Of a DNA stretch of 64,000 nt, positions 55,755 to 64,000 are shown one piece after another (position 1 is the first letter of the stretch; each line of letters opens with the position of its first letter). Position numbers and translations under genes: made by a program. The notes beneath the pieces are model-generated. The model made no database searches. It saw only the letters and a program-made list of their open reading frames with translations, and was not told where the DNA came from. Source of the DNA: Armatimonadota bacterium (GTDB lineage: Bacteria; Armatimonadota; SYMT01); assembly GCA_046292385.1 (NCBI GenBank), contig JBKBRF010000017.1, positions 61,360 through 125,359 on the forward strand, in the 5' to 3' direction.

Positions 55755-58700
55755 ATGCACCAGTCAAGTGCCAACGGTTCCGTCGCGCGCCTGCGCAGCG
55801 TGCTCGCGACGCTTTTCATGGTCTGTCTTCTGGCTCTCGGCGGGGCCGCGGCGGCCGCGGACTACCTGGGGACGCTGCCGCTGCCGCAGGTGAGCCAGAA
55901 TGGTCGCTACCTGGTGAAGCCGGACGGCTCCCCGTTCATCTGGCAGGGAGACACCGGGTGGAAGGCGTTCTACCGGCTGACGCGGGAGGATGCGGATCTT
56001 TACCTGCGGGATCGCGCGGCCAAGGGGTTCACCGTGATCCAGGCGGTGGTCACCCCGATCCACCAGACGCTCGACGTGACCAACGTCTACGGCGAGCCGT
56101 GCATGCTCAACCGCAACCCCTACTCGCCCAACGAAGCGTTCTTCCGGCACGTCGACTACATCGTGCAGCGCGCGGAGGAGCTGGGCCTCTACGTGGCGAT
56201 GCTGCCGACGTGGGGCAACTACATCCGGTACGGGCCGTTCAATTCCGAAGACGCGGCCTATTTCTGGGGTCGGTTTCTCGGCGCCCGCTACCGGAACCGG
56301 CCGGTGATCTGGGTGACGGGCGGCGACGACTACCCGGAGGGTCTGCAGCAGTACAGCCGCGCGATGGCGAAGGGGCTGATCGACGGCGGCGGCTCGGAGC
56401 ACCTGATCACCTACCACCCCGGCCCGAACACCTCCGGAGGGCAGTGGTTTCAGGCGGAGCCGTGGTTCGGCTTCAACATGATGCAGACCGGCCACTACTT
56501 CGACTCGCAGTGGTCGTATGTCGTCACGGAGCGCGCTTACGCCCTGCAGCCGGTGAAGCCGGTGGTCGACGGCGAGCCGGGCTACGAGAATATCCCGGCG
56601 TTCGACGGGAGGGGCCGGCTCGACGCCTACGAGGTGCGGAAGTTCAACTACTGGGCGCTCTTTGCCGGGGCGTGCGGCGTCACCTACGGGCAGAACGACG
56701 TCTGGCAGTTCTACGATCCGGCGCTCTACCCGGCAGAGTTCGGCGCGAACACCCACTGGAAAGTGGGGCTCGACTTCCCCGGCTCGCACGAGATGCGCCA
56801 CTCCCGCGCGCTGCTGGAGTCCCGGCCGTTCCTGACTCGCATTCCCGACCAAGGCCTGCTGGCCAGCGATCCGGGTACGGGCACCGACCACACCCGCGCC
56901 ACCCGGGCGTCGGACGGCGCCTACGCCTTCGTCTACTCGGCGTCCGGGAAACCGTTCTCCGTCCGTACCGACCGCCTCTCCGGGAGCACCCTGCAGGCCT
57001 ACTGGTTCGACCCGCGGACCGGCCACGCCATTGACCTGGGCCGTACGCCGAACACCCGCGCGGTGGTGACCTTCACCCCGCCGAGCAGCGGGCGCGGGCA
57101 CGACTGGATCCTGGTGTTGGACGATGCCGCGCGCGGGTTCAAGTCGCCCGGCGACCCCCTGGAGAACCAGCCGCCGCAGGTCTCCGCCGGGCCGGATCAG
57201 CAGATCTTGCTGGGCGAAACGGCCACCCTGCAGGGGAGTGCTTCGGACGACGGCAAGCCGAACCCGCCCGGCGCGCTCACCATCACCTGGAGCGCCGTCA
57301 GCGGTCCCGGCACCGTGAGGTTCGCCAATGCGAGCTCGCCCTCGACGACCGCCACCTTCTCCGCGGCAGGCACTTACACGCTGCGGCTCACGGCGAAAGA
57401 CGGCGAGTACACGCTTTCCGACCAGGTCTCGGTCTCCGTCGTCACCGACAAGCAGCCGGAGGCGCCCGCCGGCTTCGTGAAGGGGATCAACTTCAACGGA
57501 CCCGCCGTGACGATCGAGGGGAACCGCTGGCTCTCCCACACCGAGGCGCTCTCGCAGGGGCTCACGGTCGGAAACGCCTGGAAGTGGGCCGGCAGCTACA
57601 GCTTCCCGCACTCACCCACCGCGGACGCCGACACCCGAACGATGCTGCAGAGCTGCCTCTACCAGAGCTCGGCCGTCGCGGTGCGCCAGACGCTGGCGAG
57701 CGGGGAGTACGACCTCTACCTGTGGACGATCGAGAACTACCAGAGCAACTACCGCAGCCTGGTGGTAAGGGCGGAAGGAGTCACCCTCGCCAGCGGGGTC
57801 GGAGAGCTGCCGCTGGGACACTGGCGGAAGCTCGGCCCGTACCGGGTGAGCGTGCGGGACGGGGCGCTCGACCTGGAAGTCTCCCGCTTGAAGGGCGATC
57901 CGGTCCTCTTCGGACTCGCGCTCTTCGGCACCTCCGGAGGTGAAGAGCCCCCGCCGCCGGCCACCTATTCGGTGAGCGGACGGGTAACGCTCGGCACCGG
58001 CGGACTGGCCGGCGTGACGATGAAAGCCGGCACTCAGACCGCCACCACGACCTCCGACGGGCGGTACCTGCTGACGGGCCTCGCTCCGGGCAGCTACACG
58101 GTGACCGCCGAGAAGAGCGGCTACACCTTCTCACCCGCGAGTCACAGCGTCACCGTAGGACCGGACCGGACCGGGATCGACTTCACCGCCGCGGAGGTCA
58201 CGGCGGAGACCTACTCGATCTCCGGTAGGGTGACGCTCGGCACCTCGGGGCTGCCGGAAGTGCTGGTGAAGGCCGGCGCGCGGAGCGTCTCCACCGGACC
58301 GGACGGCAGCTATTCGCTCGCGGGCCTGGCAGCCGGGACCTACACCGTCAGCGCCAGCAAGAGCGGCTATACGTTCTCTCCCGCGAGCCAGTCGGTCACC
58401 GTCGGGCCGAACCGGGGCAGCGTGAACTTCTCGGCGACAGCGGATCCGCCGGCGTCCACCGGCTTCGTGAAAGGGATCAACTTCCACGGACCCGCCGTGA
58501 CGATCGAGGGCCGCCGCTGGCTCTCCCACTCCGAGGCGCTTTCGGAGGGGCTCTCGGTCACCGGGTGGGGCTGGAGCGGCAAGTACTCGTTCACCCTGAG
58601 CCCTGCTGCCGATACGGACACCCGCACGATGCTCGAGTCGGTGGCCTGGCACACGCACGAGTTCACCGTCCAGCAGGCGCTGCCGGACGGGCAGTACGAG

Positions 58701-58925
58701 ATCTACCTCTGGATGCTCGAGAACTACGAGAGCAGCTACCGCAGCACCAACGTCAGCAGCGGCGGTGTCCGGCTGGCGACCGGCCTGGCCGATCTCCCGC
58801 TGGGACACTGGCGGAAGTACGGCCCGTACCCGGTGACCGTCGCCGGCGGCGTGCTGCGGCTGGTGGTTTCGAAGGGCACCAAGGGAGACCCGACCCTCGC
58901 CGGCCTGGAGATCTACCGGAAGTAA
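55755..58925 (+). CDS. Multidomain DUF4038/GH140-like glycoside hydrolase with PKD-like, two Ig-like and two copies of an unrecognised beta domain
   Basis: PFIWQGDT.W, KPVVDGEPGYE, WFDPRTG and NQPPQVSAGPD; two GYTFSP repeats and two GFVKGINF repeats. Confidence 0.85.
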   Translation: MHQSSANGSVARLRSVLATLFMVCLLALGGAAAAADYLGTLPLPQVSQNGRYLVKPDGSPFIWQGDTGWKAFYRLTREDADLYLRDRAAKGFTVIQAVVTPIHQTLDVTNVYGEPCMLNRNPYSPNEAFFRHVDYIVQRAEELGLYVAMLPTWGNYIRYGPFNSEDAAYFWGRFLGARYRNRPVIWVTGGDDYPEGLQQYSRAMAKGLIDGGGSEHLITYHPGPNTSGGQWFQAEPWFGFNMMQTGHYFDSQWSYVVTERAYALQPVKPVVDGEPGYENIPAFDGRGRLDAYEVRKFNYWALFAGACGVTYGQNDVWQFYDPALYPAEFGANTHWKVGLDFPGSHEMRHSRALLESRPFLTRIPDQGLLASDPGTGTDHTRATRASDGAYAFVYSASGKPFSVRTDRLSGSTLQAYWFDPRTGHAIDLGRTPNTRAVVTFTPPSSGRGHDWILVLDDAARGFKSPGDPLENQPPQVSAGPDQQILLGETATLQGSASDDGKPNPPGALTITWSAVSGPGTVRFANASSPSTTATFSAAGTYTLRLTAKDGEYTLSDQVSVSVVTDKQPEAPAGFVKGINFNGPAVTIEGNRWLSHTEALSQGLTVGNAWKWAGSYSFPHSPTADADTRTMLQSCLYQSSAVAVRQTLASGEYDLYLWTIENYQSNYRSLVVRAEGVTLASGVGELPLGHWRKLGPYRVSVRDGALDLEVSRLKGDPVLFGLALFGTSGGEEPPPPATYSVSGRVTLGTGGLAGVTMKAGTQTATTTSDGRYLLTGLAPGSYTVTAEKSGYTFSPASHSVTVGPDRTGIDFTAAEVTAETYSISGRVTLGTSGLPEVLVKAGARSVSTGPDGSYSLAGLAAGTYTVSASKSGYTFSPASQSVTVGPNRGSVNFSATADPPASTGFVKGINFHGPAVTIEGRRWLSHSEALSEGLSVTGWGWSGKYSFTLSPAADTDTRTMLESVAWHTHEFTVQQALPDGQYEIYLWMLENYESSYRSTNVSSGGVRLATGLADLPLGHWRKYGPYPVTVAGGVLRLVVSKGTKGDPTLAGLEIYRK

Positions 58926-59146
58926 CGGTCTTCTCTCCGATGGGCGCGGAGAGAGGAGCACGCGGGGCCCGGCACTACCCCGGAGGGTGTCCGGGCCCCG
59001 CGCTCACGCCGGGAGGAACCCGCTGTATCGAAGGGGCTAGAGCGGGGTACGTGTCGCCGAGGACGTGTCCGAGCACCGGAGGTCGCCAGCGAGCAGGAGC
59101 AAGAGTAAGAGCAGGAGCAGGACCTCCCGTTTACGGAGGGTTCGGA

Positions 59147-59209
59147 TTCATCCCTCATCCTTCATCCCTCATCCTTCATCCCTCATCCTTCATCCCTCAT
59201 CCCTCATCC
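59147..59209. repeat. Tandem heptamer repeat (T/C)TCATCC x9
   Basis: Directly visible, and it overlaps the stop of the DUF1501 gene. Confidence 0.9.
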
Positions 59210-60693
59210 CTCGTTAGAATCTTCCGGATCACGTTTCCGTACACGTCGGTCAGGCGCTCGTCGCGGCCCTGGTGGAAGTAGGTGAGCCGGGTGTGGTCCA
59301 TGCCCAGGAGGTGCAGGATCGTCGCGTGGAGGTCGTGCAGGTGGACCTTATCGACCGCCGCCGCGAAGCCGAACTCGTCGGTCTCGCCGTAGGAGACTCC
59401 GCCCTTCACTCCCGCGCCGGCCATCCACATGGTGAAGCCGTACGGGTTGTGGTTCCGGCCCGGCGCCCCCACCCCTTCCGCGAACGGCATCCGCCCGAAC
59501 TCCCCGCCCCAGACCACCAGGGTGCTGGCGAGCAGACCGCGGCGCTCCAGGTCGGTCAGCAGCGCCGCGATCGGCTGGTCCACTTCCGCCGCATGGCGGC
59601 CGTGGTTCTTCTCCACGCTCTCGTGCGCGTCCCACGTCTCCTCGAGGTGGCCGCCGCCGGAGTAGAGCTGCACGAAGCGGACACCGCGCTCCACCAGCCG
59701 GCGCGCGATCAGGCAGTTGCGTCCGAACTCGTGCGTCGGCTCCGCGCCGACCCCGTACATTTCCAGCGTGGCGGCATCCTCGCGCGTGAGGTCGACCGCT
59801 TCCGGCACCTCCGCCTGCATCCGGAACGCCAGCTCGTATGTCTCCACGCGAGACGCAAGCGCCTGGTCGCCGGGGCGCCGCTGCCGGTGCCGCTCGTTCA
59901 GCAGCGCCAGGAGGTCGAGCTGCTCCCGCTGCGCCTCTTTCGCGGCCGGCCCGCGGAGGTCGAGGACCGGGTCGCCGGCCGGGCGGAAGAGGGTGCCCTG
60001 GTAGACCGAAGGCAGGTAGCCGGAGGCCCAGTTCGGCTGGCCGCTGATCGGCCCGCCCCGCTTGTCGAGCATGCAGACGTAGCCGGGCAGGTTCTGGTTG
60101 GCGGTGCCGAGCCCGTAGACGCACCAGCTCCCCAGCGACGGCTTCCCGATAAAGGTGCTGCCGGTGTTCATCGCCACCAGGGCGGAGCCGTGGGCGTGGC
60201 TGTCGGTGTGGCAGGAGCGGATCAGCGCCAGCTTGTCCGCGTGCTCCCGCACCTTCGGGAAGTAGTCGCTGATCATCAACCCGCTCTTCCCGCCGGGCCG
60301 GAACGGCCGCCACGCCGGGGTGAGGAAGCCTTTCTTCCGGCCGCCGGAGTTGGTGTACTTGAAGCTCGGCGGCAGCTCCTGCCCCGCGTACTTCTCCAGC
60401 GACGGCTTGTAGTCGAAGGTGTCGATGTGACTCGGCGCGCCGTTCATCATCAGGAAGATGACGCTCTTCGCCGGTGTCGGGAAGTGCGGCTGCTTCTCCG
60501 CCAGCGGCCGGGCCGGCTTTGCAGAGCCGGCGGGAGCGGCGCCCGCCTCCCGCGGGAAGAAGCCGTCCTCCGCCAGCAGGCTCAGCAGCGCCAGGCCCAC
60601 GAACCCGCCGCCCATCTCCCACACCAGCTCCCGGCGGGTCTTGCCGCACGGGAACACGCGGCCTCCGGGTGATCTTTGCCTGCGGCTCATCAT
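59197..60693 (-). CDS. DUF1501 domain protein (Tat-like signal)
   Basis: TRRELV, GAPSHIDTFDYKP, ARRLVERGVRFVQLY, WDAH, GEFGRMP and RLTDVYG motifs. Confidence 0.92.
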   Translation of the reverse strand: MMSRRQRSPGGRVFPCGKTRRELVWEMGGGFVGLALLSLLAEDGFFPREAGAAPAGSAKPARPLAEKQPHFPTPAKSVIFLMMNGAPSHIDTFDYKPSLEKYAGQELPPSFKYTNSGGRKKGFLTPAWRPFRPGGKSGLMISDYFPKVREHADKLALIRSCHTDSHAHGSALVAMNTGSTFIGKPSLGSWCVYGLGTANQNLPGYVCMLDKRGGPISGQPNWASGYLPSVYQGTLFRPAGDPVLDLRGPAAKEAQREQLDLLALLNERHRQRRPGDQALASRVETYELAFRMQAEVPEAVDLTREDAATLEMYGVGAEPTHEFGRNCLIARRLVERGVRFVQLYSGGGHLEETWDAHESVEKNHGRHAAEVDQPIAALLTDLERRGLLASTLVVWGGEFGRMPFAEGVGAPGRNHNPYGFTMWMAGAGVKGGVSYGETDEFGFAAAVDKVHLHDLHATILHLLGMDHTRLTYFHQGRDERLTDVYGNVIRKILTRDEG

Positions 60694-60700
60694 GGCTTCC

Positions 60701-63664
60701 TCAGTCGATGAACAGGAACTCGTTCGCGTTCAGCAGCACGTGCGCCAGCGAGGCGAGAGCGCGGACCTCCGGCGCGGGCGGCGCCGGGCGCGCCGCGAGG
60801 CCGTACCGCTGCGCGAAGTAGTCGCAGAGGGCGTCCCGCTCCTGCGGGGAGAGGGGGCGGTCGTAGACCACCAGCTCCGCGATCTCGCCGTGCCAGAACT
60901 CCCCGCCGATGTTCCCCTGCTGGCCGATCACGTAGGGGGGCGCCAGGTTCCGGTCGGGCAGCGGCGAGCCGCGCTCCGCCAGCAGGGTGCGGTTCTGCGC
61001 CACGGAGCTGCCGTAGGTCCCGTTCCCGGCGAAGAGCGCGAACGGCCGCTCCGGCTGCACCACCGTGCCGGCGGGCGCGAAGACGTCCGAGAAGCGGACG
61101 CTCCCCGCGCCGGTAGTGCCGAGGAAGACGGAGGTGCCGACGTTGCTCTCCCGCCGCCAGTTGGAGAAGAGCTCCCGGTGGCCGCCGGCGCCGCGATCGG
61201 TCGCCACCGCCACGATAGTGAAGCCGGGAGAGGTGATCGGCTTCCCCTCCACGTGAAGGAAGCGACCGTTCCCGTCGAATCGCAGCGCTCGCTGGCCGCC
61301 GAGCGCTGCGTCGAGCAGCTCCGGACGCGCCGCGGAGTCCGGCTGCGCGGCGTGGTGGCCGTTTCCGGAGAGATCTTCCCAGCGCGAGACGTGGCTCTTG
61401 CCGTCGAGCGTAACGCCGCGGTCGGCGCGGAGCCAGAGCCGCAGCGCCGGCAGGGCGTCGGGCGGCCGCGGGGTCTCCGCGGGGGGCGGCGCGACCGCCG
61501 CCTCCCGCGCCTTACGGAGGTGCGCCAGCGCGGCCTGCCGCTCCACCGGGTCCGGCGAGCGCCCCAGGGCGAGGCGCCAGAGGCGCTCCACCTGCCGGGT
61601 CGGCGCCGCTCCCGCCTCCGCGCGGGCCCGACCGGCCAGGGCCAGGCTCTGCGCGTGACTGAAGTCGCCGTTCATCAGTGCCAGCGCTTGCGGCGCCACG
61701 ATCGAGCTCTCCCGCCCCTCCAGCGGCTGCGTGGTGTCGCCGAAGTCGAAGACGGTCATGAACGGCGGGATCAGCGCCCGCTTCAGGAACATGTAGATGC
61801 TGCGGCGGCGCTGCTCGTCCGGCGGGGAGACCTCCCACTCCGCGCCTTTCTTGCTCAGCCCCTCCAGCGCCTCCCGGTTCACCTCCGGCGTAAAGCCGCG
61901 TCCCCCGGTCTGCCGATTGAGCTGCCCGCTCACCGCGAGCATGGCGTCCCGCAGCGCGTCGGCGTCGAGCCGGCGGCGGTCGAACCGCCAGCGGAGCTCG
62001 TTGCCGGCGTCCTTGCGGGAGTAGGCGGCTTCCTGCGGGTGGGTCGACGCCATCCGGTAGGTGGAGGAGAGCATGAGCTGCCGGTGCATCCGCTTGAGAC
62101 GCCAGCCGCCGCGGACCAGGTCCGCCGAGAGCCAGTCGAGCAGCTCCGGCTGCGTGGGCGGGCTCCCCTTGCGCCCGAAGTTGTTCGGCGTGCTCACCAG
62201 ACCGCGGCCGAAGTGGTGCTGCCAGAGCCGGTTGACCAGCACGCGCGGAGTGAGCGGGTTCGCCGGGTCGACGATCCAGGCCGCGAGCTGCCGGCGGCGG
62301 TGCGAGCTGGCGGCTCCGGCCGGCGGGGGCGACACCTCGCGCCGGAGCTGCGAGACGACCGAGAGGAACCCCGGCGGCACCACCGGGCCTTCCCGGCGGG
62401 CGTCGCCCTTCTCCGGCAGGTGCAGGGGCGCGGGCTGCGGACCGGCCTCCGTAAAGGCGAGGACCCCCTCCGGCAGCCGCGCCTTCGGCGGACCGCCCTG
62501 CAGCTCCCGGTCACCCGGCTGCAGGTAGCCGCCCCAGAAGGCGGCGCCGAGGGCGTAGTAGTCGACCTGCGGGATCGGGTCGAACTTGTGGTCGTGGCAC
62601 CGCGCACAGCGGACCGTCAGCCCCAGAAAGGCGGTGCTGGTGACGTGCACCAGGTCGTCCAGCCGCTCGTACTGGTACTCCACCGGGTCGTTCGGCTCGT
62701 CGTCCCAGGTGCCGAGGCGCAGGAAGCCGGTCGCGACCAGCGTCTCCTCGGAGCGGTCCGGCAGCTCGTCGCCCGCAAGCTGCTCCATCACGAACCGGTC
62801 GTACGGCTTGTCGGCGTTGAGCGAGGCGATCACGTAGTCCCGGTACTTCCAGGAGTGCGGCTTCTCCGCGTCCCGCTCGTAGCCGTTGGTGTCCGCGTAG
62901 CGGACCAGGTCGAGCCAGTGCCGCGCCCACCGCTCGCCGTAGCCCGGCGAGGCGAGGAGACGGTCGATCAGCCGCTCGTAGGCATCCGGCCGGGCGTCCG
63001 CGAGGAACGCGTCGATCTCCTCCGGCGTCGGGGGAAGTCCGGTGAGGTCGAAGGTTGCGCGCCGGATCAGCTCCCGCCGGCCGGCCGGGGGCGCGGGCTT
63101 CATGCCGGCCGCTTCCAGCTTCGCCAGGATGAAGGCGTCAATCGGGTTCCGGACCCACTTCGCATGGTTCACGCGGGGAGCCGCGCGGCGGCGCACCGGC
63201 TGGACCGACCAGAGCGGCCGCTCGTCCTTCGCGCCGGCATCCGGCCACACCGCGCCCGCGCGGATCCAGGCGCGGACCGCCTCGATCTCCGCTTGCGGAA
63301 GGCGGCTGCTCGGCGGCATCTTCAGCGCGGGATCGGCGTGCGTCAGGGCGCGCAGGAGAGGGCTCTCGTCCGGCTTCCCCGGCACCACCGCCGGCCCCCG
63401 CGCCCCGCCCTTCAGCAGCGACGCGCGGTCCGCCAGGCTCAGCCCGCCGGAGGGCTTCTCCGCGGAGTGACAGCTCGCGCAGTGCCGCGCGAAGAGCGGC
63501 CGCACCCGCGTCTCGAACAGCTCCTCCCGCGCCTGCGCCGCCGCGCTCGGGGGCTTCGCCGCCGCCTGCGGCTTCGGCCGCGGAGCCGGCGCCGCGGCAA
63601 GCGTGACGGCGAGCACCGCGGTCAGCGCGGCACACGCGAGCGGCGTCAGCACCCGAGACGTCAT
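60701..63664 (-). CDS. Planctomycete cytochrome c + DUF1549 + DUF1553 protein with inserted LamG-like domain
   Basis: CASCH, CARCHDHKFDPI, YGERWARHWLD and PQALALMN motifs; insert LRLWLRAD...WEDLSGNG...GEIAELVVYDR; terminal LLNANEFLFID. Confidence 0.92.
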   Translation of the reverse strand: MTSRVLTPLACAALTAVLAVTLAAAPAPRPKPQAAAKPPSAAAQAREELFETRVRPLFARHCASCHSAEKPSGGLSLADRASLLKGGARGPAVVPGKPDESPLLRALTHADPALKMPPSSRLPQAEIEAVRAWIRAGAVWPDAGAKDERPLWSVQPVRRRAAPRVNHAKWVRNPIDAFILAKLEAAGMKPAPPAGRRELIRRATFDLTGLPPTPEEIDAFLADARPDAYERLIDRLLASPGYGERWARHWLDLVRYADTNGYERDAEKPHSWKYRDYVIASLNADKPYDRFVMEQLAGDELPDRSEETLVATGFLRLGTWDDEPNDPVEYQYERLDDLVHVTSTAFLGLTVRCARCHDHKFDPIPQVDYYALGAAFWGGYLQPGDRELQGGPPKARLPEGVLAFTEAGPQPAPLHLPEKGDARREGPVVPPGFLSVVSQLRREVSPPPAGAASSHRRRQLAAWIVDPANPLTPRVLVNRLWQHHFGRGLVSTPNNFGRKGSPPTQPELLDWLSADLVRGGWRLKRMHRQLMLSSTYRMASTHPQEAAYSRKDAGNELRWRFDRRRLDADALRDAMLAVSGQLNRQTGGRGFTPEVNREALEGLSKKGAEWEVSPPDEQRRRSIYMFLKRALIPPFMTVFDFGDTTQPLEGRESSIVAPQALALMNGDFSHAQSLALAGRARAEAGAAPTRQVERLWRLALGRSPDPVERQAALAHLRKAREAAVAPPPAETPRPPDALPALRLWLRADRGVTLDGKSHVSRWEDLSGNGHHAAQPDSAARPELLDAALGGQRALRFDGNGRFLHVEGKPITSPGFTIVAVATDRGAGGHRELFSNWRRESNVGTSVFLGTTGAGSVRFSDVFAPAGTVVQPERPFALFAGNGTYGSSVAQNRTLLAERGSPLPDRNLAPPYVIGQQGNIGGEFWHGEIAELVVYDRPLSPQERDALCDYFAQRYGLAARPAPPAPEVRALASLAHVLLNANEFLFID

Positions 63665-63792
63665 CAGCGACTCCTGCGGCGGGATCGGCGTGGGGACAGA
63701 GACGAGTCAGGTTTCGTGACGGACCGGCGGGTCCCTGCACGGGGTTTCCCCTGGCACTTCCAGCGGGGTGGTGCCCCGTCGCTTCGTGAGAG

Positions 63793-63876
63793 GCATCTCA
63801 CTGGGGTTCCACCCCCCGCCCTCCCCACCCGGAGCGGCCTTCCCGCGAGAATGGCCCTCTCGCAGTCCTTTCACGC
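63793..63876 (-). repeat. Dispersed structured non-coding element, copy C (3' module; continues past window end)
   Basis: Reverse complement reads gcgtgaaaggactgcgagagggcca...cgcgggaaggccgctccg...ggggagggcggggggtgga...gatgc, matching the 3' halves of A and B. Confidence 0.8.
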
Positions 63877-64000
63877 CCACCCGTACGCTCACATTTCGCA
63901 GATGGAGTTACGGTATCGCTTGTTGCGCTGTGCGCAACAAACTCCCTTGATGAAGAAGCAGGGAGCGGGGGCATGATTTGGCCCGCCACGCGGTGAATCT

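Noticed and set aside
246..63976. Many long antisense/shadow ORFs (e.g. 2050-4686, 45895-49467, 60458-63976)
   Set aside because: They overlap well-supported genes on the opposite strand or frame, are Arg/Gly/Pro-rich without motifs, and are expected at about 70% GC.

Overview
A GC-rich (about 70%) bacterial chromosomal segment with roughly 45 protein-coding genes. I recognised no rRNA, tRNA, CRISPR array, integrase or transposase. The gene mix is two DUF1553/DUF1501 pairs, an ASPIC/UnbV protein, many secreted glycoside hydrolases and a YjbH-like barrel, which suggests an Armatimonadota- or PVC-like soil bacterium (inference only). Coding content includes GH78, two DUF4038 (GH140-like) proteins, GH105/88, a GH116-like enzyme, a PQQ dehydrogenase, molybdate ABC (modABC plus an HTH-PBP regulator), an iron-type ABC pair, an ABC-2 exporter, stress genes (yciF, pfpI, hemerythrin, DUF1206), trpF, a TerC protein and a stand-alone eukaryote-like PPC decarboxylase. 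The most unusual signal is non-coding. (1) A dispersed ~265-bp structured element has two full copies (36930-37190, 44377-44648), one short 5' variant (21489-21589) and one expanded copy leaving the window (63793-64000); it shows compensatory stems and GNA-triloop hairpins. (2) A ~970-bp gene-free gap holds a sigma-28-type promoter, a ~150-nt rod-shaped candidate ncRNA, a terminator and a second ~230-nt folded domain. (3) A palindromic repeat family has its central loop flipped between copies. (4) There is also a clean IS5-type MITE, nested REP-like elements and an unannotated 27-aa membrane peptide gene with a near-consensus promoter. All calls were made by eye from motifs; no searches were run.
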